A stretch of DNA of 63,873 nt, filler included, from Polymyxa betae A26-41 (taxonomy: Eukaryota > Protista > Endomyxa: Phytomyxea), in assembly GCA_003693705.1 (NCBI GenBank). It is 5 parts of 5 records of this genome, joined end to end, with 100 filler letters (N's around TTAATTAATTAA, not from the genome) between each part and the next. Parts side by side here need not be neighbours in the genome. Positions count along the whole stretch, not along the records: positions 36,531 to 52,426 come from RBZT01000174.1; positions 52,527 to 62,176 come from RBZT01000354.1; 3 more parts are not named here. One strand, 5' to 3'. The position numbers and the translations under genes are program-made. Positions 50,165 to 61,810 of this stretch are shown in pieces (positions within the stretch are counted from its first letter, which is position 1; each line of letters begins with the position of its first letter). The notes below the pieces were generated by a model, which searched no databases, was not told the DNA's origin, and saw only the letters and a list, made by a program, of their open reading frames with translations.

Positions 50165-51420
50165 GTTGGATTGGATTTCATCAAGTTCGTTGATTTTTGG
50201 TCAACAGGACCCCTTGTATCCGAAGCGCAAGGTTGATAGAGCTCTTGCGTCTGGCCATACTTTTTATCAGTGCTTCTAAGTCTAATTTCGAAGCTGTTAA
50301 TCATTTCACCCAATATATTTGTTCCTATCATGAACGGCACTGTTTGGTTGGAACTAAGAGGGCACTAATGAGGCAGATTAGTCACCCGCCCAACCCTAGA
50401 GGGACTCGAAAAAACCTCTTAGATACCCCCCCTGCTGGTTTCCCAGCCTTTCTGGTAAGCGTATGTAAGGAAGTCGGCCATAAATATGCTGTGAATGTAC
50501 TGTGTTTCGTGAAACTTGTTCATATTTTGTTTTGTCATGGAACTTTTTTCGTCGTTTGTTTTTACTGTTTACCGCGGATTAGTTGATGTTCGATTTGTTT
50601 CTCAGTGCCTGTTGCAAGGTCGGCAGATATCTACCGATTCTATTCCTATATTCTTGAGATGCGCTCTAGTCGGTGAAATTGTCGTTGCTAATCTGTGATT
50701 TCCCTTCTATTAGAAGGGTTCTATCTAGGTAGCCTTCAAATTAGCCAGGTTTAATAGTCGATTGCAGGTAATTCTGCAGTCGCAATGTTTCACGCTTTTT
50801 ACACGTTAAGCGGTATGAGGTCACAATTGGGCCATGTTCGACTTCCCAATTCCCAGACTCTGCGGCCTCTTTTGCCAGTTTATCGAGTTCCTCACTTTGA
50901 GCAACTTTCTCTTCTGTATGACTCGGGATGAAGTGGATTTCTACTTCGTTCAGATTTTGTAAATTCTGCTAACTGCTCTGCGACGTCGTGGACCATTGCT
51001 TTTGTATATTTACATTTGAAAGGGAGCGTGGCTAACTGCATGAAGTTGCGTTTTTTGGATGGGATAATTCTATACCTCTTCCTATTCATCCAAATGTGAA
51101 ATGTGAACAATCGCAGCTGCACCAGTTCATAAGACTTCTTCGCCATTCTCGCGTCTAGTTCGGGTTAGGCTTCAGAGAATCTTGAGATGACGAAACGAAG
51201 AGGGATTGGCGTTGACCCCATACCGGTAAATGTCTTCAGGTATTCTATATATGTACGCTCTAATGGTTTGATCGTGTTTTGTATGACCGTTTTTCCTCTC
51301 AGCCATAGCTGTTAGGATTCTGTATCTGCGGATTTGTTTGATGATTTTGCATCGTTTTATGATTTCTTTAGAGTAATTTGTCATGCGGATGAAGAAGTTT
51401 GAGTTCGTTCTTTCTTGCTT
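50165..51420 (-). mobile_element. Internally deleted LINE copy with 3' tail
   Basis: SKEIIKRCKIIKQI, QLATLPFK and RTTISPTRAHLKNIGI match the 57-59 kb element. The 3' UTR ends ..CAACGAACTTGATGAAATCCAATCCAA. Confidence 0.8.
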
Positions 51421-51759
51421 GTTAGTTACGATTTCGGCTCTCAGGTAATGTTTACTGATTCCGCTGTTTTTCTGATCATACGTTCAGTTTTATGCACTCT
51501 TTGGGGGGAAACTACTTCTGTCTGTCGACAGATATGCGCAGCGGCAACATCTGTCTCTGTCTCCCTCTCTCCAAGTCTCTCCCTCTCTGTTGTATATATC
51601 TGGCTCTGTGTGGTAGACGTTCGCACACTATGCCTCTTAGCTTCAATATGACTTTATTAAAAAAACGGGCAGCGTGATTCTTACGATGATCTGTTGCCTC
51701 AACGCCATTTTCCCGCATAATTAAAGAATAGAGAGATGGTTACAGAGACGCCATTCATT

Positions 51760-52120
51760 TGGTAGAAGAGAAACCTGTCAGTCAATGTCAGCTAACAATT
51801 TTTGAAACACAGCAAGCAGTACATTGAAAGGATCGATCTGACTTGAAATTGCCACAGAACAAATGTGACGACAGGGGATAGAGGTGCTTCGGAAAGAATC
51901 ACAATCGCATGAATCTCTGAACGGCACCAATGGTCGATGTAACCTTCCAGGTAGCGACTGTCTCATCGCCCACACCAAAGACCTTGATAACGTTTGCTTA
52001 CAAGACAGACAATACACCAGTTTCAATTTTTCTTGGCAAAAAACGCTATATGCGCTCCGTTCTTGAATCAGTTTTTTAATGATTTTCAATTATTCAGTTT
52101 CTTGCCGTCCAACAATACTG
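51760..52120 (-). mobile_element. MULE transposase remnant with SWIM finger
   Basis: SCDCDSFRSTSIPCRHI fits CxC-x(n)-CxH. Confidence 0.6.
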
Positions 52121-52121
52121 A

Positions 52122-52424
52122 TGAGGTTCTGAAGAAATTTGCAGCAGGCTAAATTTCCGCAGATCGGGTTTGTCCCTTGTAACGTATTTCAGCTGGGGAT
52201 GGTAGGTTTTTAGCTGGAACACGAATTCGACTAGGAAAGTTGGTGAAATCGAATTGGTAGTAATAAATCCGATTCTATTATGAATAAACACAGCAGACAC
52301 ATTCTCACTACGAGCGCCGTGGATGTCGTGATTCAGCCTCGTTGATGGTCAGGTCGTACTGGACCGGACTGGGAGTCACGACAGCAGCCAGTCAGAAAAG
52401 AGATACGCCTCACTCCCCCCCTAG
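52122..52424 (-). mobile_element. Polypurine tract plus 3' LTR of an LTR retrotransposon
   Basis: Minus strand AGGGGGGGAG then TGAGG (52412)...CCTCA (52122). Related to 7107-7150; does not match the sequence upstream of the gag at 55067 onward. Confidence 0.6.
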
Positions 52425-52542
52425 TCNNNNNNNNNNNNNNNNNNNNNNNNNNNNNNNNNNNNNNNNNNNNTTAATTAATTAANNNNNNNNNNNNNNNNNN
52501 NNNNNNNNNNNNNNNNNNNNNNNNNNTCTCGAGACGAAACCG

Positions 52543-53976
52543 CTACAATCCCTTTTGATGATTCGCATAACCTAAGAATATTGATTTTCTTGCTCTAGGG
52601 TCAAGCTTTGTCCGGGAATGCTCTGGTATTAAGGCGTAAGCATCACATCCAAACACCCGAAGATAACGAATATCCGGTTTGCTTCCTTTCAGTAGTTCAT
52701 GTGGCGTGGAACCCTTATCGTTCGGATCGGGACATACATTGTAGATATGCGAGGCGGTGAGAATGGCCGGTCCCCAAAACTGTTTCGGTAAATTCGCATG
52801 TAGTAGCATTGAACGAGCTGAATCCATAAGAGTTAGGTGGCTTCTTTCCACGATTCCATTTTGCTCCGAACAAAACGGTACGGTAGACCTCCATTCAATT
52901 CCTGCTTTATCGAGATAGTCCTGGAACTCTCTGTTCACGAATTCTCCAGCATTGTCACCGAAAAGACATTTAATTGGTTTTCCTACTTGTTTCTCGAGTC
53001 TCCTTCTAAGAGATTTGAATCTTGATAATGCCTCGTTCTTTCGGTGTAAAAGGTATGTGAATTTGAACTTGCTTTTGCGTTCAGAAAAACTGATAAAGTA
53101 CCTTTCTCCGTTTATCGAAGCTACTGGTAATGGTCCGCATTCGTCGACATCAACACGCTCCAGCAAGTCCCAGTTCTTAATCTTAGAAACTCTTGGAAAT
53201 GGCGCCGCTTTAGCTTTACCGATGACGCAAGCTTCACAGAATCCAGGGTCTTGTGATGTGGTGTCGTCCAGTGACATATCCTTTGTAAGTTTTTTGTTTG
53301 CCATTCGAAGAATGTCTCTAACATTTCGATGTCCAAGACGGTGATGCCAAGTCATAAGCTTTAGCCTAGGCGTGGCGGCGGGTATAGGATTAACAAGAAA
53401 AGGATTTGTTGTACCCGGAGAGCTGTTTTCATTGACGATCAAAGCAGAATTGATGTGATTGTCCACATTTGCTTCTAAGCGATTTACGCCACACACACGA
53501 TTGTCGATCGTGAAGTCGTTCCAGTTGATGGATGGGTTGTTTCTTTTGAGCCACGGGATTCCCAGAATAACTGGGTAATGAGGAGAATCGATGACGTAAT
53601 ATTTCATCATTTCTGAGTTATTGCATATAGTTGATTTCAAAGGTATAGATATCTTTGTAACGGGTGCGAGGTTTCTTCCATCAATGGCTTCAACATTCAA
53701 AGGGCTTGAATTGACGGTTGGAATGCCTTCGTTCGTAACAATATTTCTGTCTATGAACTCTGAGAAGGAGCCGGAGTCTATCAGTGCTGTGAGATGCAAA
53801 GGATCTTCCCGACCTGGTATCTCTAATATGACTTGGGCGGTAAGGTGTGGTTGATGATTAGACGATAATGTTGAGATTAATTTGCAAGTTTTCGTGGTTT
53901 CATGTGTAACTTCTGCATTTGTTTGATGGAATTTCCAGGAGATTCTTGTGTGAACTCGGACGCGGAGACCGATTGT
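52543..53976 (-). CDS. pol: pol (partial): Gypsy-type aspartic protease followed by Copia-type integrase
   Basis: ALIDSGS..VILGIPWLKRNNPSINW, then WHHRLGH..CEACVIGK, VDVDECGP, GDNAGEF-x-NGIVER (D-35-E), LRVFGC..KLDPRARKSIFLGY. Frame is open from the gag TAA to 52543; ends next to a gap. Confidence 0.9.
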   Translation of the reverse strand, partial: TIGLRVRVHTRISWKFHQTNAEVTHETTKTCKLISTLSSNHQPHLTAQVILEIPGREDPLHLTALIDSGSFSEFIDRNIVTNEGIPTVNSSPLNVEAIDGRNLAPVTKISIPLKSTICNNSEMMKYYVIDSPHYPVILGIPWLKRNNPSINWNDFTIDNRVCGVNRLEANVDNHINSALIVNENSSPGTTNPFLVNPIPAATPRLKLMTWHHRLGHRNVRDILRMANKKLTKDMSLDDTTSQDPGFCEACVIGKAKAAPFPRVSKIKNWDLLERVDVDECGPLPVASINGERYFISFSERKSKFKFTYLLHRKNEALSRFKSLRRRLEKQVGKPIKCLFGDNAGEFVNREFQDYLDKAGIEWRSTVPFCSEQNGIVERSHLTLMDSARSMLLHANLPKQFWGPAILTASHIYNVCPDPNDKGSTPHELLKGSKPDIRYLRVFGCDAYALIPEHSRTKLDPRARKSIFLGYANHQKGL

Positions 53977-55062
53977 TTATTCATCACGTCTTTCGGCATT
54001 TCCCGACATTCTCGAAGCCAGTATATCACAGGAAACAGCGATGTGTCCTGGCTGTCCACAATACAGGCAAAGATGGTTCTCTCTGCGGCGCTTTCTTTCC
54101 TCATCGGTTAATGGCGCGCGTGGCTGAGATCCAGGTATGGTAGCATCGAGTATCATTGCGTCAGAATTGATTCCAATGTTTACCGTAGGCGATGGATTAG
54201 ATGATGCATGCATTCTGTAGGTGCTTCTGGTTATATTCAAAAGCTCGAGAAGCCGGTTATCAACTTCGATAGCGTCGTTAATTGCAATTTCCAGATTGGC
54301 GGGCTTAGGTTTATGTAAGAGCAACCTTTTTACGCCATTATTCAGGCCTTTTTGGAAATAATACGTTTTAGCTGAGTCATTCCAGTCAAGGTCGGATGCT
54401 GTTAGGCGAAATTCCGCAGCATAATCACTGGCAGATCGTCGACCTTGTCGCAGATTCTCAATTCTTCTTGATGCTGTTAATATTCTATCAGGATCACCGA
54501 AGGCACCCTCCAATAACTGAATGGTAGTCGACAGTTGCAGAAGACGGGGGTCTTCAGCTTCTAGGAATGGATTGAACCATTGTAGTGCTGGTCCTTTCAA
54601 GAGAGTTCCAAGCAGTGCGACCCGTATGCCATCCGTTGGATAGCGATTGGGCTGAAGCCGCCAGATCAATCGAAGTTGGTTGAGAAAACCTCTAAGCTTT
54701 CTCCTGTCTCCATCAAATTTTTCAGGTAGCGGAACGTTGGGCTCAGTTGATGACATATTTTGTTGAGGAGGCATGTGTTGTTGCTGCTGAATGTGCTGCT
54801 GTTGCTGTTGAGATTGCTGTTGGAGTAAAGCTAGTTGCTGTTGTTGATGTTGAAGTTGCTCATTTTGTTCGCAGATTGTCCGCTGTGCAAATTCAAGCTG
54901 CTGCTGCTGTTGAACATTAGTTTTGGCAGAATTTTGTTGATCATGTGTAGGAAAAACAAATTGTTGTAGCATTTGAACGTCGACCGTTTCCTGACGGCGG
55001 TTCGAAGGTGGCACAGATTCTGAACGTGATCGAGAGAGAGTGGGTTGATCAACTGGGCCCAT
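53977..55062 (-). CDS. gag: Gag, Ty3/Gypsy (sushi/PEG10-like) type with CCHC knuckle
   Basis: PEKFDGDRRKLRGFLNQL, LKGPALQWF, LRQGRRSASDYAAEF, FQKGL, LTDEERKRRRENHLCLYCGQPGHIAVSC. The ATG lies inside the PBS. Confidence 0.9.
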   Translation of the reverse strand: MGPVDQPTLSRSRSESVPPSNRRQETVDVQMLQQFVFPTHDQQNSAKTNVQQQQQLEFAQRTICEQNEQLQHQQQQLALLQQQSQQQQQHIQQQQHMPPQQNMSSTEPNVPLPEKFDGDRRKLRGFLNQLRLIWRLQPNRYPTDGIRVALLGTLLKGPALQWFNPFLEAEDPRLLQLSTTIQLLEGAFGDPDRILTASRRIENLRQGRRSASDYAAEFRLTASDLDWNDSAKTYYFQKGLNNGVKRLLLHKPKPANLEIAINDAIEVDNRLLELLNITRSTYRMHASSNPSPTVNIGINSDAMILDATIPGSQPRAPLTDEERKRRRENHLCLYCGQPGHIAVSCDILASRMSGNAERRDE

Positions 55063-55066
55063 AACC
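55053..55066 (-). promoter_or_regulatory. Primer-binding site for half initiator tRNA-Met (Copia/Hemivirus type)
   Basis: Minus strand reads GGTTATGGGCCCAG, the PBS known from Drosophila copia and complementary to the tRNAi-Met anticodon arm. Confidence 0.8.
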
Positions 55067-56610
55067 AAACGAAGTCTGAGAGAAACTAAGATACTAAATA
55101 AACAAATGTGTTCGAGGTTGACAGAAACTAAGGAAGTTGTTTTATTTGATGAAGTAGATGAAGTCAAGTTAGATGACAGAATCCACAGAGTGTGACTCAT
55201 ACATTAATTTAAAGTTCGCAAAATATCACATTAATAGGTCATTCTTCGAAGCGATGGGTGGTTTATTTGTGGTGCAGGTTTTCTCTCGAGAAGGCTCAAC
55301 TGTGTCAAAAGGTAGAGCTCGTCTCGGAGATGATTGCATCTCAGCGATTTACAAAACCGGCCACTTAGCTTCGATCGCCTCAGGGACCTTGCCCATCATC
55401 ATGTCTGTGTAGCATCCGGATAATTGTGTTAACGAACGTTTCCTGTTCTGTGGCTTGCTGAATGCGGGAACTTTTTCGACAGTGGGCCAGATGCCGATTT
55501 CTTCGCCAAACCAGATTGCTGTGGTCTGGATCCGATCGCGTCGAACAACAGCGATTAGTTGCAAGCTATTGCTTGCTCCGGAGTCGTTCCATACTGGCCG
55601 GCGTTTTCAGGCAACAAGTGGTACCGGTACTCGGCTGTATGTTGGTCTAGTACAACCGCTCCAAATAGACATCAAGCATCGGCTTGAAATTGTCCGTGTC
55701 CTCTTCAAGCAACGACAATGCGAATTAGAGTCGCTCTGATAGCGATAGCTTGATGATGTTTGTCATGCTTTTGACTAAGCCTTTTCCACAGGTCGCGTTT
55801 TGTCGACAGCGGCATTACTGTAGCTTCTGGCTGGGGCCTAACAATAATCCTTTGTCAGCACTCGCCATGTTCTCTTGAACATCTCGATTTTTTTGGGTTC
55901 TTGCAGATTGCGCTCTAATCCTCGACTTACAATTGGCGCAAACGCTGCCATCGTTCAAGCTCTGTTGAACTCGACTCCAGATACGTATGCGAACCAGTTT
56001 TTAAACAAACATTCCATTGCGTGGCAACCTGGAGAATAAACCGTCTACTTAAGTTGCCAGAATCCTCAACTTGTGGTAAACTGCGATTCCCCTTCGCCCA
56101 GATTTCCTTCTTTTGCTCTGCCGATTTCGTCATTTCACCCAACAAGGAGACTTCCAAAAATCTCGCAAATGCGAGTTACGCAAATCAGTCGCAAATCTCC
56201 TGCGCGGCCTTTCGCAAACCCGACATAAATTTGACAATACCGTAGTGGCAGGCTACCAAAAATCGCGCAAACGCAATTTCTATCATGACACAAATGTGAC
56301 ATAAATGCGAACACAAAAGTGACGTTAGTTTTGGGGGTCGAGGTACCGTAGACGACCGAGTAATCCGACCAATGTTTTGCCAATACGGGACACGTAAATA
56401 CTTTTGTCGTTTCCAAAAAAAAAAAACGGAATTTGGTCCAGCTCTGATACGAAGGCATTGACATACCTTGGTTACCTACCATGTTCGGACGTTTTTGCAG
56501 AAATTCCCGCATTTTCGAAAATTCGGATTCGCATTTTTGTCCCAAGAGGAACCGGAAATACGGTCAGTTTTGTCGCTGACCCTCAAGAATCCACATCTTG
56601 TGGGAAACTG

Positions 56611-56719
56611 TACTGATAGATATTATGCCCAGATGCCTGAGTACTATCAGCCTTGCGTTTCGGATAGAGCGCCGCCTGTTGACCAAAATCAACGAACTAG
56701 AATAATCCAATCCAATCCA
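56611..56719 (+). mobile_element. 109-bp 5'-truncated LINE 3' end with 13-bp TSD
   Basis: Matches the LINE 3' UTR and ends (AATCC)3. Flanked by TTGTGGGAAACTG at 56598-56610 and 56720-56732. Related empty site at ~56060-56090. Confidence 0.85.
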
Positions 56720-56913
56720 TTGTGGGAAACTGCGATTCCCTTCGCTCAGATTTCCTTCTTTTGCTCTGCCGATCTCGTCATTACGCCGAACACGACCCAT
56801 CAATCAACACAGCGGGTAAAACCCCAGCTGGCCAAGCTTAAAGGAACCCCGAAAGCCAGGAATTGTATATCGATGGCTTCTTCGCAGTTAAAGTTCAATC
56901 TTAAAGGGAACTC

Positions 56914-59900
56914 ATTAGATTGGATTGGATTGGATTTGACTAGTTCGTTGATTTTCATCAAGTATCAACAGGCGGTGCTATCTCCTCAGCACGTGGCCAA
57001 TAGGACACAAATGGTCACTATAGGAGCTCCTACTATCCATTTTCGGAGCGGACATTGTTTCACCCGGTTTGTATAAGATTCATCATAGTTCGGCCCTCTA
57101 TGTCCGGACCTAAGAATGCCTCAGTGAAGTATGATAGGCACCCGCCTAATCCAAGAGGGACTCGAACCCATGTACCCTACTCCCCCTAATACACCCCTAC
57201 TGGTTACCCAGCTCTCCCTCTTTGTCGTTATATATAGCATCCGTGTTTATGGCCTGCGTTGAGAAACTTTCTCATGAACTTTTCTTGAATGTAAAGTGCG
57301 TCGTTAAAATCAGTGATTTTTCGTCTTTTGTATTCTCGCCGGAATTTCTTTAGTTGTGTTTTGAGCTTTTTGCATTTGACCAAATTGGTGCTCTATCGTT
57401 TCGGGATATTTATTACAATGCCTACATGTGTTATCTTCTTCTATGCCAATGTTATTAAGATGTACTCTAGCTCGGGTATGGCCTGTTCGTGTCCGATTTA
57501 ATAGCGCATGTTCTCTGTGAACCCACATCTATGTCGGATTCTCACATATCCATCACGTAATCGTAATGGGAGTCTGTTGGGATAGTTTGTGAACTGACTT
57601 CTTTTGACGTTGTTCTCAACGAAATTCTTACGAATTCGGTTCTCAGCTTTTCTTAGTTTCAGCCTGTACGATGAGATGACTGTGTCGTGCACTTTTAGCT
57701 AATAGATCAATTGCATCACTTTCAGGGATTTTATCCGTATGACTGGGTATGACATGTAGATCGACTTGGTTTCTCACTGCAGGATCTCCTAGACTTTCTG
57801 CTACATCGATTAATATTGAGTTAACGAATCTGTATTTGTACGGTAACGTGGCAAGCTGCTGTAGACAAGAAAGAGAATCAGTAAATATGTGTATATGGCG
57901 ATCTTGTGGGTTAAACGATCTGATTGTGTCTAAACCAGCTTGAAGAGCGATGATTTCTGCATCATAGCTGGATGTTATATGACGTAACTGTAGTGGTGTG
58001 TGAATTCCTAATTGGAAGATTGTACTGTGTCGATAGGGATCTGATATATGAACAATGGCTGCTGCGCCACTGGTTGGTTCTAGCACTGGTTCTTTCGGTT
58101 CTCTATTCCAGGAACCGTCCGTCCAAATTGCAATATCTGGGTATTGTAAGATTAATTCTTCTTTTTTAAGTTTCTCCATGGCCGTTTTTTATCGCTCATG
58201 TGGAATTTACATCCTGTTAACCTATCAAGCGACTTTGAAGGTATTATATCTTGGGAATGGATGCGTGAGCCATATCTCTTCACTCTTTTTTCTAAGCCCT
58301 GTCTGACTTTTTCGAAAGGGGTCCATTCGTCTATTTGACATCCTGCTTTGTCATATTTCGAGTAATCATCTCCCAGTAGATTTCCCTGTGCAGCAGCTTT
58401 TAATACGGTCAATGTAGAGTCGGTGATGATTTTATCTTCTAGCAAAGGGAATTTCGAGATTGCATAAAGTAAGGGGACTGGGGTGGATTTTAGACATCCA
58501 GTGTATGTTCTCATATATTCGTTGTATGCAATTTCTAAAGGGCGCAGGGTGCCTTTAATATGCATTTCTCCTTCCTTCCAGGGTAGGTAATAGTTGAAGA
58601 TATCTCCAATGAAGGCCGTACAAGCTTGTTTGAATACTTTTCTGGGAATTTTGTACTTTTAGATTTGCTTGATAATCTTACAGCTTTTGATGATTTCTTT
58701 CGCGATCTTGCTCGTTTGAATGAGAAATGATGAGCTCTTATTTTCATTGTTGGCTGTTAGTTGGGCTTCTAGGTAGCGTATCGACTCAGCTGTCTGTATG
58801 GTCATTTTATCTGTTACAATGCAGTCATCTGGGTCATGTTCATTGAATAATACGAAGGTTTTGTCGGAGTGGAATTTAATCTTATTCTTCTCGCACCAGG
58901 TGATCATTCTTTCAAGTTGATGCTTTAGGCGTTTTTCTACGATGTTCCTATCTCGGCCCATTGCCCATCCTACTGTATCATCCACATACGTGTTCGCGAG
59001 TTTCGGTTTTAATGGGAGGTCGTATACAAATAATATCCATAAAGTACACTGAGACTGGATCCTTGTGGGATTCCATTTTCTTGTTTTCGTGGTAGAGACT
59101 CACATTGTCTGTATGATACTGTTAATTGACGATCAGTAAGCCAGTCATATATGATGTTTATCAGATAGGCAGGCGTGTTTAATTCAATCATCTTTTTTAC
59201 CAAGATGTGTTTAGGGACTCTATCATAGGCTTTAGTGAAGTCATATAGAATAGCTCCAAACTGCTGATCTGTGCCAGCAGCAATCCCGAATAATGCATAA
59301 GACGCATTAATGCCTGTGTAGTAGAGTGTCCTGGCCAGCAGCCAAATTGAAATCGACGGAGTTTCGCTTCTATTATTTCTCTCATTCGGATCTGTATCAT
59401 ATATTTTATTAATTTAGATAAGCTTGGTAATAGGCAGTTAGGTCTGTAATCTCGGCTTCGGAAGTGGTATTATTCTAGCTTCTTTTAGTTCCAGATGGTA
59501 TTTTCCTATCTCGATAATTTGCTTATTAATTGCTTGTAGAAGCACTCTTGCGAAGTCTGGTATCTCGTATGCAATTTTGATAAGCCGATTAGACACTCCG
59601 TCGCGCCCTTTCGCAGATCTCATATTTGCTCTTCTGATGGCCTGTTCCAACTCTCTGATTGTGAAGAGCGGGTTTTCTTCGTCTCGCATTCTGTCTCTGA
59701 TATCTCTGAGCTCGTTCCTCAGTTTGCGACGCTCTGTTTCTGTGGGTTTCACATTTGCTTGCCCAAATATGCTCTCGGATTGTTCTGCAATCTTTTCAGT
59801 CTCTTCATCGGCTTCGAGCGTATGGATGTTTTGTTGTCGCATCTTTTTATTAAGGTTTGGTTCTAGTTGTTTAATGAGTTTATAAAATTCTGCACCAGTG

Positions 59901-61810
59901 GGATCTGTGCATGCTTTTTAATTCGCTTGATGTTGTGTTTGCTCTTGGTCTTTCGAAACAGCTTTCTGAAGTCTCTCTGAGCCTGTTTGTACTTTAAATA
60001 TGCTTGTTCTGTGTCTTCAATTCGTATCCGGGCTTTTGCTATATCCTGTCTGCATTTATTTTGCAGTCTGACTGCAAAATAAATTGGTGTCCAGAATTTT
60101 ATTGGTACTGAAGAGATCTTTTCATAGGCCATGGCTTCTCTAAGTAACTTATTTATAGTTTCTCGTGTTAATTCTTCCTCTTCTTCCTCTATTTTCTTTA
60201 TTGCTTCTTGGATGTTTTTCCTCGTTTTCGGGAGGTCGGGAACTGTGTATTCAATATTCTGCCGCTCAAGCTCTGTTCTGTCGTGATATGAAGTTTCTTT
60301 GAGTGTCATTTCTGTTTTTGTCGGATTGTGGTCACTGCTCAGCTTATGGAGGACCTTCGTCTTTATTTGACTTTCGACGGCGAAGTTATTTGCTAGTGTA
60401 ATATCTAATGTGTTTTCTCCTCTGGTCGGTGTGTATTTGTCGCTAATTATATCCAAGGTTAATAGGATTTCGTCTAAATAATCATGGTTCTCTTGGTGTT
60501 TGATTCCAAAGCGCTGATCGCCCAGTGACGATTACTTTCAGCGTGGGGTTCTCGCTGTTGCATTCAACTATATAATCAGCTCAATCTTTCCACTATTTCT
60601 TTCTGTTTGTCATGCTGCGTTCTGGCCCAATGTATGGGTGTATCAATAATAATTCGTTATTAATCATGATGCATTGCGTGAGGGTTCATTCATGTTTGTT
60701 ATTCAGGGTCGTCGTCAGTTTCTGTACTTGTAATCCTCGTCTCCAAAATATGGCGCTTTGTCTATATTTGTCATTTTTTATGTAGTTCGGGAAATCTTTG
60801 ATTTGTCGTTGTGATCCCAGTTCTGAGATGCAGATTATATCTATCTTCTCTTTAAAGATAACTACTTCCAATTGTGCCAGTTTTTCTGAATTTAGTATGC
60901 ATGCATTCCATTGGAGGGATTTTTACGTAAATGATAACTGTATCTGTCTTCTGAATCATCTTCTACTATTCTCATTTCTAGATTGGTTGGGTCGTGACTG
61001 GTTTCCTGCCGTCTGTCAGGATTTTTATGGTTTGTTGTTATGCTGAGTGAGTTAAAGAAGTCTGTGATGTTAGTTTGCCGAGGGAATCCGTTGCCGGGCG
61101 GGGGGAGGTAGGGATTCTATAAATGCTGTCTCGAGCCTGTTCGTATCTAGGGTTATGCTATTGTTTTTGATACATTCTATCATATGTGGTCCTACAGGGT
61201 GGAGTAAGTATGGTTTTTTTGTTTATGACTGGGGTGGTTGAGGATGTGATTATTTCAGTGCAAGTCTGTGCTTTTGTATGAGAACGAGCGGTATGGAAAC
61301 TCCTGGGAAGATGTGATGTAGTATATGTTAGGGTTGTTTTGTTCTCAGCATATTCCTGTGTTATTCTATGTAGTATTGTTGTATTATGTTGCCCAGCCTG
61401 TGAAAGGAGAAATTCGTTTGGTATTTGTTCGTATAGTATAGTTCGTACGGGAGTAACCCGCAAAAGGTCGTACCCCGGAGCAATACCGCAGATGATGACG
61501 TATTGTCCTAATGGGTATAGAAGCGGGACATCAAGATCCAGTCCGCCCCAGCCACCAACAGCATGAAGGTCCGAGCGTGGGCAAAGCCCATAACTCGGTT
61601 CCATCCAACGTCATGGCGGGGTCTCTCTCGGCCCGCTCGGTTGGTGAGTTGGGGCTGGTAGAGAGAGGTCGCTTCTTGGGCTCAGGATTAAGGTCCTGGC
61701 CCATCGGGCCAGCTCCGCCTCGGCTTGCCTGCTGTCTCCAAGGGACGCTGTCCTTCGACGACGACCTCACACAACCCTACCTCGCAAACGCCACGCAGTT
61801 TTCGGAGTGA
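56914..61810 (-). mobile_element. Near full-length degenerate non-LTR retrotransposon (APE-RT-RNase H-CCHC)
   Basis: APE (IDIICISELG; NTLDITL..SSDHNP), RT (QFGC; GIPQGSSLS; YVDD), RNase H (IWTDGS, AEIIAL, IFTDSLS, PSH), CRHC..ETIEH, (AATCC)n tail at 56914-56937. Many frameshifts; 5' end approximate. Confidence 0.9.

Noticed and set aside
52122-52424. 3' LTR of the chimeric Copia/Gypsy element
   Set aside because: No similarity to the sequence upstream of the PBS (55067-55350) and separated by a gap; it matches the 7107-7240 family instead.
55063-55200. N-terminal hydrophobic extension of Gag in the ORF track
   Set aside because: It lies upstream of the PBS in presumptive LTR sequence; the ATG within the PBS (55062) is the more plausible start.
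56663-56982. Apparent MITE with ~55-bp inverted repeats
   Set aside because: The two arms are 3' tails of two independent LINE insertions in opposite orientation; the left one has its own 13-bp TSD.
57078-57140. Hammerhead-like fold in the LINE 3' UTR (minus strand)
   Set aside because: Core reads CTGAGGC and GAAC rather than CUGANGA and GAAA, and there is no stem I.
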